Made by a program: the position numbers and the translations under genes. Under the pieces are notes generated by a model, which was given only the letters and a program-made list of their open reading frames with translations, was not told where the DNA came from and did no database searches. DNA of 64,000 nucleotides from an uncultured Verrucomicrobiae bacterium (lineage in GTDB: Bacteria; Verrucomicrobiota; Verrucomicrobiia; Limisphaerales; Palsa-1400). Location: the NCBI GenBank assembly GCA_963764165.1, contig CAVXRD010000004.1, positions 448,001-512,000 on the forward strand, given 5' to 3'. How positions within the stretch are numbered: position 1 is the stretch's first letter; the number at the start of each line of letters is the position of its first letter. Shown piece by piece: positions 57,859 through 64,000 of this stretch.

Positions 57859-60800
57859 TCACGTTAAGCTTTGCACCGCGATTGGTCCCGCAAAAGCGAT
57901 AGCAATATAAGCATGAGCAATCTCTCCCTGCCTCGGCCATCGCTCATGACGACTGAGCAAAAAATCCCGACCGAATTCCTCAACTTTGAGGTAGTGCACT
58001 TCGGAATCACCGGTTATCACGCCCTGTACGGTCTTACGCACGCCCTCGCTATCGAGCAACACAGCACGAGGGTCATGCAACTGTTCCCGTGGAATCCGAG
58101 CCCTACGCAACTGAGAGAACATGGGCTCGGCCTCGGCCCACTTATGTTGTTGAACCAACGCGACCGCGCATACAAATTTGTAAAATGGATCGCCGGAATA
58201 TTTTGCTGTCGCCAGAACTGTTCTTCCCAATTCGAACAAAAATGCCCAATCAATAACGCGGTTTCGCACCTTAGAATCGTAACGGCTCACATTCCATTCG
58301 TAGTAGATGCTAGCCGCTGCCGCACACAAATCCCCCGACGGCGATAGGTTCTCCGCTTGAACCATCTCAATGATCCTTTTACAATACGCAAATGCGTCGT
58401 TATATGCACTTCCCGCGTTCTTCTCGCGGGCCACATTTAACATTTTGCGCGCGGCTATAACAAAACCCTCTGGCCTCTTGAACTGCAGCCATAAGTCTTC
58501 GGCGCTCGCCTTAAGTTCGTCCAAAGGCGCCGTCCTTGCCTGCAATTTCCCCGATATGTCCTCCAAAAATTCAATATCTTTTGTTGGTTGGTCACGAGCT
58601 GGTCGCAATGGGTTCTTAAGTACAAGAAGTGACGAATCCACTGCGTCCAGCGCTTGATTCAATAAAGTAAAAATATCCGCCGAAGCGATATCATTCAGTT
58701 CCGAAATCAACCTCAGCATAAGATTTGCCTGAACATGCACCGCCCGCGAATTAAAAAACGCATCAGAACGCGCGTGGTCTAAATGACGCAATATCTCCGG
58801 CAAGCTCTCTTCGAGCCGTACGCGCCCAGCGTCCGCAGCATCGAGAATCGTAGCTGCCAAAGACGTATGCACGTGCTCATCGGCTTCAACGCGGTCGGTG
58901 TACGGATAACTCCTCGTCACAAGCGCCGTTTCCAAAACCGACTTTGCGAATAAAGGATCATTCCCTTTTGACTTAATCCACAACCCTTTTTGATGAACTA
59001 ACGTCCGGTCCGGTAGCGGCAACGCAGAAAGCGCAGTATCATAGAGCTGCAGTCCGTCCGAGTACTCTAAATGGTTCAATTTGCTACAGGGAACCAATAT
59101 ACTAACAGAGAACTCCCTATAAACCAAACTCGTCCCGGTGCATGCTTTGAGAAGAGTCAAAAGACGTTCGACCTCACCAGTATGTGCTAACTTGCCGCCG
59201 TTGATCGTCTCTATTAAAGTGCGCGTTACAACAGAGTTACGAGGTCTGTAGCATTTTGTTGCGCCATCTGGAGTCGCTTCACCATACAACAAGCCCCACG
59301 CTGGGCCCTTTTGATCAACCGCATCTACCCACTCTCGGTAAGAAATGTCTAATGCCGACACCAGCACCTCGACTGGCAGCGGCGTGTGGTAGTGATCGCA
59401 CACCGCAGCCATCGCGTAAGCTTGCTTTAAGAAGGCCGAGGTTTTGTTATATGCACCGATAATAACACGTGACAATCCACCCCGCTCTCCCAAACGCAAA
59501 TATTCCTCTTGAATACTCGCCTCGATACTTTGTCGGGTCTTTGGCAAGAGCCAATATAGGAGGCCAAGCGTATCCGCCGTCCCGCGACTCGGGAAATTGG
59601 CAAGTTCAGCCTGCGCCTTGCCCTTATCAGGGAATACATTCAGGTGAACCAAATAATTTGGAAAGCTAGCTATCTCCTGCGCGTCGAAATCATCGAGCAA
59701 ATTGAACTCGCGCTGCAATTCGAGCGTGCCAATCAAATCTTCAGGGTCGTTCGTCTTCCAGTCAGAAGTTCGTACAACAACGACAAATGTGCATCGAATA
59801 CCGTTGTTTTGTGCGCTTGCGGCGATCGACGACACGGACAAAGAACCTAATCCAACTGGATCATCAATAAAAAAGAAAACGCGCCGCTTATTGTCTGTAA
59901 TACTGCTAAGTGTCTTAAAAAAATGACCTAGTGATGTTTGAACATTCGGATAAAAGGATCTACGAAACCAAAAGACAAGATTTCCTTTAAACGCTAGGTC
60001 ATACGCCAATCTTTTTGCTATCGTGGTTTTGCCGGATGCCGCGCTGCCAACCAGAGCGTACACAGGCAATGCTCGAGTTATTCGTGGTGGTTTCAAAATA
60101 CTGTCTTGCAATTGGTTCTCAATTGTCCGGCGGAAATCTAGCTTGTGAAAGAACGGATCCCAAGATGGAAGATTCGGGGAAAACAGCAAATCTAATAATC
60201 GCACCCTTTCTCCCTCGCTTATTTGCGATACAAGTTGCGCATTGACAACGGTGACGATATCATTAAAAGGTATCAGCCGATCAAACTCTGATTCTTTCTT
60301 GTACAAGGCAAGTGGCTGCGTTTGTCCAGCTCCTTCCAAATCCTTCAATCGACTTATCAACTCGGGGAGACCTGCGTCCACAAAAACTACATGCAACTTT
60401 CCCGAGGTTAGCTGAAGAATAGCATTATACTCCTTTTGCGTAAATTCGGTCTTTACCAAAACCAGCGGATCTATGAAAGTCTTTCGGTCTGATAACATTT
60501 GCGACAAAAGATCAATGAAAGACCAAAGACTGCCTTTTAGGCCGAGGCATACGACGGGGTTGCCTTGCACCTTATCGGCAAAATCTTGAACGGCAAAACG
60601 CCACGTTGGGCGCCGCGCAGTGTAAATCAAGTCCGTGTATACGAAATGTTCTTCAGTATTACCAAGCAATTTAAATATTGGTACACACTTCGGCGGTAAA
60701 GGTTGGGGAAAATCCAGCACCTGTGTTGGAATCGACGCTGTAGGCTTTCGCTCTCGCTCTCTTAACAGTTCTTGATCAAAAATGGAATCTATAGCTAAGG

Positions 60801-61098
60801 AGATTACAGCAGACCATTTCAACGCGGAAATTCGTTTGATGTATTGATAGGCTTTCTGTCCTTTCAGGAATGCCTGAATAAACCCCTTTATGTCGTTTGG
60901 ATCGATCCCCTGATCCACCGCGTGCTGTGCGTTCTGCAGATAGTTCTGAGTGCCATTCCCTCCCCATTTTGACGCGATCCCCGCTGACAAGTCGTGGTAA
61001 AAATCGCCTTCCGCGGTGATCCCGGGCCCGAAAATTAACCCCATCCGGCCGCGGAACAGCGGCTCGGCTTCGTCAATCGTAATGGTTTGCACGCCCAT
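57859..61098 (-). CDS. SIR2-like / STAND-type P-loop NTPase / TPR / OB-like protein (candidate antiviral)
   Basis: LIFGPGI..VISLAID..IFKLLG..VVCLG (SIR2-like), GSAASGKTT, FFFIDD, helical repeats, C-terminal beta domain. Confidence 0.75.
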   Translation of the reverse strand: MGVQTITIDEAEPLFRGRMGLIFGPGITAEGDFYHDLSAGIASKWGGNGTQNYLQNAQHAVDQGIDPNDIKGFIQAFLKGQKAYQYIKRISALKWSAVISLAIDSIFDQELLRERERKPTASIPTQVLDFPQPLPPKCVPIFKLLGNTEEHFVYTDLIYTARRPTWRFAVQDFADKVQGNPVVCLGLKGSLWSFIDLLSQMLSDRKTFIDPLVLVKTEFTQKEYNAILQLTSGKLHVVFVDAGLPELISRLKDLEGAGQTQPLALYKKESEFDRLIPFNDIVTVVNAQLVSQISEGERVRLLDLLFSPNLPSWDPFFHKLDFRRTIENQLQDSILKPPRITRALPVYALVGSAASGKTTIAKRLAYDLAFKGNLVFWFRRSFYPNVQTSLGHFFKTLSSITDNKRRVFFFIDDPVGLGSLSVSSIAASAQNNGIRCTFVVVVRTSDWKTNDPEDLIGTLELQREFNLLDDFDAQEIASFPNYLVHLNVFPDKGKAQAELANFPSRGTADTLGLLYWLLPKTRQSIEASIQEEYLRLGERGGLSRVIIGAYNKTSAFLKQAYAMAAVCDHYHTPLPVEVLVSALDISYREWVDAVDQKGPAWGLLYGEATPDGATKCYRPRNSVVTRTLIETINGGKLAHTGEVERLLTLLKACTGTSLVYREFSVSILVPCSKLNHLEYSDGLQLYDTALSALPLPDRTLVHQKGLWIKSKGNDPLFAKSVLETALVTRSYPYTDRVEADEHVHTSLAATILDAADAGRVRLEESLPEILRHLDHARSDAFFNSRAVHVQANLMLRLISELNDIASADIFTLLNQALDAVDSSLLVLKNPLRPARDQPTKDIEFLEDISGKLQARTAPLDELKASAEDLWLQFKRPEGFVIAARKMLNVAREKNAGSAYNDAFAYCKRIIEMVQAENLSPSGDLCAAAASIYYEWNVSRYDSKVRNRVIDWAFLFELGRTVLATAKYSGDPFYKFVCAVALVQQHKWAEAEPMFSQLRRARIPREQLHDPRAVLLDSEGVRKTVQGVITGDSEVHYLKVEEFGRDFLLSRHERWPRQGEIAHAYIAIAFAGPIAVQSLT

Positions 61099-61277
61099 CT
61101 GCTTCCGAGTACGAGACTACGCCCGAATATCCCGAAGAAGCAAACCCATTCTGCCTACTGATCCAGTTTCTGCTGACGCCCCTTTTGAACGCGATCTGGG
61201 TCGGTCCATCAAGGGTGAACGGCAAACGCGCATTTCGGATTTGGATTCTGCTTTGGCGCGGGTATCCTCTGAGCGAC

Positions 61278-61552
61278 ATGCCCACCCGTGCCGCGAAGCC
61301 AAGGAATCGGAACGCGCAAGCCATAATTTTGCGACGACACATTGGTCGGTGGTTTTGGCTGCGGGGCGGCAGGACACCGCTCGCGCTCGCGGAGCTTTGG
61401 AGAACCTTTGCCAGACTTACTGGTTTCCGCTCTATGCTTATGTTCGGCGAAATGGGCGGCCTCCGGAAGGTGCCAAAGATCTGACGCAGGGTTTTTTTAT
61501 TCGGCTGATAGACCATCAATCGCTGGCCAATGCCGACGGTTCTTATCCCTAA
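61278..61552 (+). pseudogene. Truncated ECF sigma factor (region 2 only)
   Basis: FATTHWSVVLAA..ALENLCQTYWFPLYAYVRR.G..AKDLTQGFF, then an abrupt stop; no region 4. Confidence 0.8.
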
Positions 61553-61767
61553 AACTCATCCGCCAGCGAATTGCGGCGGGCGGGCGGGCTCAGAACCTCG
61601 TCTTCCGGGCTGTCTGCCTGGACAGGGAACGGGATGGCCCGCCGTGTCATGATCTGCTTGTAAAAAAGCTCCAATGCCGCCCGCGGTTTCAGGCCAATCT
61701 CTTCCAAGACGGCTTCAGCCTGGCGTTTTAGCACGGGGTCAATACGGCTTCTGGCTCCTGCGCCCAT
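61549..61767 (-). CDS. RelB/DinJ-family antitoxin (orphan)
   Basis: RSRIDPVLKRQAEAVLEEIGL..ALELFYKQI..IPF. Confidence 0.85.
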   Translation of the reverse strand: MGAGARSRIDPVLKRQAEAVLEEIGLKPRAALELFYKQIMTRRAIPFPVQADSPEDEVLSPPARRNSLADEF

Positions 61768-61813
61768 GAGATCAATGTGGCCAAACTTAGCCTTCTGTCA
61801 AAAGCTCAAGCCA

Positions 61814-64000
61814 TTATTCGCGCAACCTGAAGAACATGGTTCCCGAGGCGGTCGAGATGGTGACGCTCCGGGTCGTGCCGTTGTCGGTAACCGGCGCGGT
61901 AACCGGACTCCAGCCGGAACCGCCGAGGTCGGAGGTCTGCTCGAGGACGTAGCCAGATTGGGACGAGGGCCAGGAGATTACGATGGTGGAGGCGCTGCCG
62001 CCGCCGCTTCCGGCCCGGGTTAGCACGATTTGAAGTGAGGGATGCGGTGGCGTGGCTTCGGCCAGGCTGAATGCAAAAATCGTACCGCGGCCCGCAGCTC
62101 CTCCGTTGGCGGTGGTGGTGTAAAGCGTGTTCCCAATGATGGTGACGCCGGAATACGGATTGGCGCCGTCGAGATTGGTCTGGACAAAAAGGTTGGTGTC
62201 GGAGTTGAGCGCACTGAACGAGTAAAGGGTCACAAAACCGCTGCCGTCGTTGGTGTCCACTTCGAAAATCGTGCCGGAACTGTTCGCGCCTCCGCCCTCG
62301 GCCGTGCCGTACAAAGTCGCGCCGTTCAGCAGCAGCGCGCCTTCGGGATTCATGCCGTCGCTGTTGGTTTCAAGCAGCGTGGCGAAGTCGTATTGCGACT
62401 GGCTGAAGCTGTGGAGAACGGCGTAGCCGGAGCCGTCGGTGTTGATCTTGAAGACGCTGCCGCTGGAATTCGTGCCGCCAAGGCGGGTTGTGCCAAAGAG
62501 GGTGTTGCCCGCCTGGATCAGGCCGCCGTAAGGCTGGCCGAAGCCGTCGGCAAAGTTATGCAGCACATGAAAACCATTGCCACTGACGTTCACGGCGAAG
62601 AGCGCGCCCTCGCCGTTGGCGCCGCCCTGGCTGGCCGTGCCGTAAAGTGTGACGCCATCGCTGCCAAGCAGAAGAGGCGCGAGCGGATAGGCGCCGTCCG
62701 CGTTGGTCAGGCTGTAATTGGCCGTGTCGAACGTCACGGCCGAGAACTGATGGATAGGCGCGAGACCGCCCTCGCCAGCCGAGAAGATCGTCCCGGTATT
62801 GTTCGCTCCGCCGTAGCCGGTGTTGCCGTAGACCAAATTGCCGACGACAATGACGCCGCTGGGAAAGCTGCCTTGGCTGAAATCGCAAAGGGTGCTGAAG
62901 CCGGAGCCGTTGGTGCCAATGCTAAAGACCGTCCCGCCGCCAAACGCGCCCCCGGTTTGGGCCGTGCCGTAAAGCGCATCGCCGACGCAAACCAACGTCG
63001 CCACCGGCGACGCGCCGTCCACGTTGGTCTGGCCGATGGTAGGCAGCGCGCTGAATTGGTAAAGTTCATCGAGGACGCCGTCACCGTTCGTGTCCAACGA
63101 ATAAATGGTGCCTGAACCGAAATCGCCGCCTTTGGACATGACGCTGAAAAATCGACCGCCAGCCAGCGTGAGGCCGGCCCGGGGATTCGCACCGTCGCTG
63201 TTGGTGGAAGCATTGAGATTGGTGTTGTAACTATAGCCCTTGGCGCCGAAGGTGTAAGCCGTCTGGCAGCCGGCCGAGATGCTGGGGCCGAGCGAGCCGG
63301 GAGCCGTGCCGTTGGTGTTGGTCACGGTAAGAACCACGCCGTAGACGCCGGCATTGGTGAACGTATGCGCTGGATTTTGATTGGTGCTGGTCGAGCCGTC
63401 CCCGAATTTCCAGAGCCAATTAGTGATCGGCACCTCAAGCACGTCCGCGGAAGGCGCCGTAAACTGCACCGCGAGCGGCGGTGGCCCGTTGGTCGGGGTG
63501 GCGGTGAAGACGACCAACGGGTAGTAGGCGGTGATGTTCGAGCCGCTCACCGAAATGGCGAGACCCAAATTATTGGTCACGGTGAGCTTGGGAGTGTAAG
63601 ACTTGGTTTTGGTCGAGAGATACTCGGTTTCGGGATTTTGGAGCGTGCTGAAAGTGTTATTGCCGAAGCTCCAATTCCACGAGACGATGGGGTTTCCAGC
63701 CGTGTCCTCGGACGGCCCATAAAACTGCACCAGAAGCGGCATGAACCCGTTGGTGGCCGAGATCGAGAAATCGGCGCTCGGCGCGCCGACGGAGATGTTC
63801 GAAGGGCCGACGCCGGAAACCGCCACGCCATAAATGTTGGTGGCGACAAGGCTTACAACAAAGTTTGTATTCGTGACGTAGGTATGGGACGGGTTTTGCA
63901 GCGTGCTCGTGACGCCATCACCGAAATTCCAATTCCAGTTCGAGATGGCCGAGCCGCTGCTGTCGATGTTCGTGGCGTCGAATTGGACGGTGAGCGAAGC
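61814..64000 (-). CDS. PKD-domain surface protein with GloVer (TIGR03803-like) repeats; 5' end beyond window
   Basis: WxFGDGxTSTxQNP PKD repeats; DGANP..LYGTA..GG..GTIF repeats; C-terminal ISWP..YVLEQT..FFRL. Confidence 0.9.
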   Translation of the reverse strand, partial: ASLTVQFDATNIDSSGSAISNWNWNFGDGVTSTLQNPSHTYVTNTNFVVSLVATNIYGVAVSGVGPSNISVGAPSADFSISATNGFMPLLVQFYGPSEDTAGNPIVSWNWSFGNNTFSTLQNPETEYLSTKTKSYTPKLTVTNNLGLAISVSGSNITAYYPLVVFTATPTNGPPPLAVQFTAPSADVLEVPITNWLWKFGDGSTSTNQNPAHTFTNAGVYGVVLTVTNTNGTAPGSLGPSISAGCQTAYTFGAKGYSYNTNLNASTNSDGANPRAGLTLAGGRFFSVMSKGGDFGSGTIYSLDTNGDGVLDELYQFSALPTIGQTNVDGASPVATLVCVGDALYGTAQTGGAFGGGTVFSIGTNGSGFSTLCDFSQGSFPSGVIVVGNLVYGNTGYGGANNTGTIFSAGEGGLAPIHQFSAVTFDTANYSLTNADGAYPLAPLLLGSDGVTLYGTASQGGANGEGALFAVNVSGNGFHVLHNFADGFGQPYGGLIQAGNTLFGTTRLGGTNSSGSVFKINTDGSGYAVLHSFSQSQYDFATLLETNSDGMNPEGALLLNGATLYGTAEGGGANSSGTIFEVDTNDGSGFVTLYSFSALNSDTNLFVQTNLDGANPYSGVTIIGNTLYTTTANGGAAGRGTIFAFSLAEATPPHPSLQIVLTRAGSGGGSASTIVISWPSSQSGYVLEQTSDLGGSGWSPVTAPVTDNGTTRSVTISTASGTMFFRLRE

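Noticed and set aside
62638..62972. TGCCGTAA matches in host DNA
   Set aside because: Antisense of LYGTA codons within GloVer repeats, not upstream of starts

Overview
About 1-37.5 kb is most of a lambda-like (GpA terminase, S49 protease) temperate siphovirus prophage. It contains an integrase, a repressor/cro switch, replication genes, and head, tail, tailspike and lysis-region genes; its left end lies outside the window. About 38-64 kb is host DNA, probably Verrucomicrobiota (inferred from GloVer repeats, ECF sigma type and a prepilin-like motif). It holds an unusual alpha-2-macroglobulin, tex, an ABC-F gene, tRNA-Arg(TCT), a NarL-type two-component pair, an ISL3 element, a Rep-like transposon, decayed toxin-antitoxin modules, an AT-rich candidate defence pair (NucC/DUF6602-like nuclease plus SIR2-like/STAND/TPR protein) and a PKD/GloVer surface protein running off the right end. 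Most notable: (i) a TGCCGYAA motif 25-28 nt before the start codon of ten late phage genes, suggesting a phage-specific leaderless late promoter; (ii) an A2M whose bait region is replaced by six membrane helices ending in a pilin-like segment; (iii) a 1.4-kb ORF-poor segment bounded by perfect 15-bp inverted repeats just before terS; (iv) signal-peptide-bearing late proteins plus a NodZ-type fucosyltransferase; (v) a pseudoknotted ncRNA candidate at the right prophage border. All family calls are by-eye motif recognition; no database searches were run.
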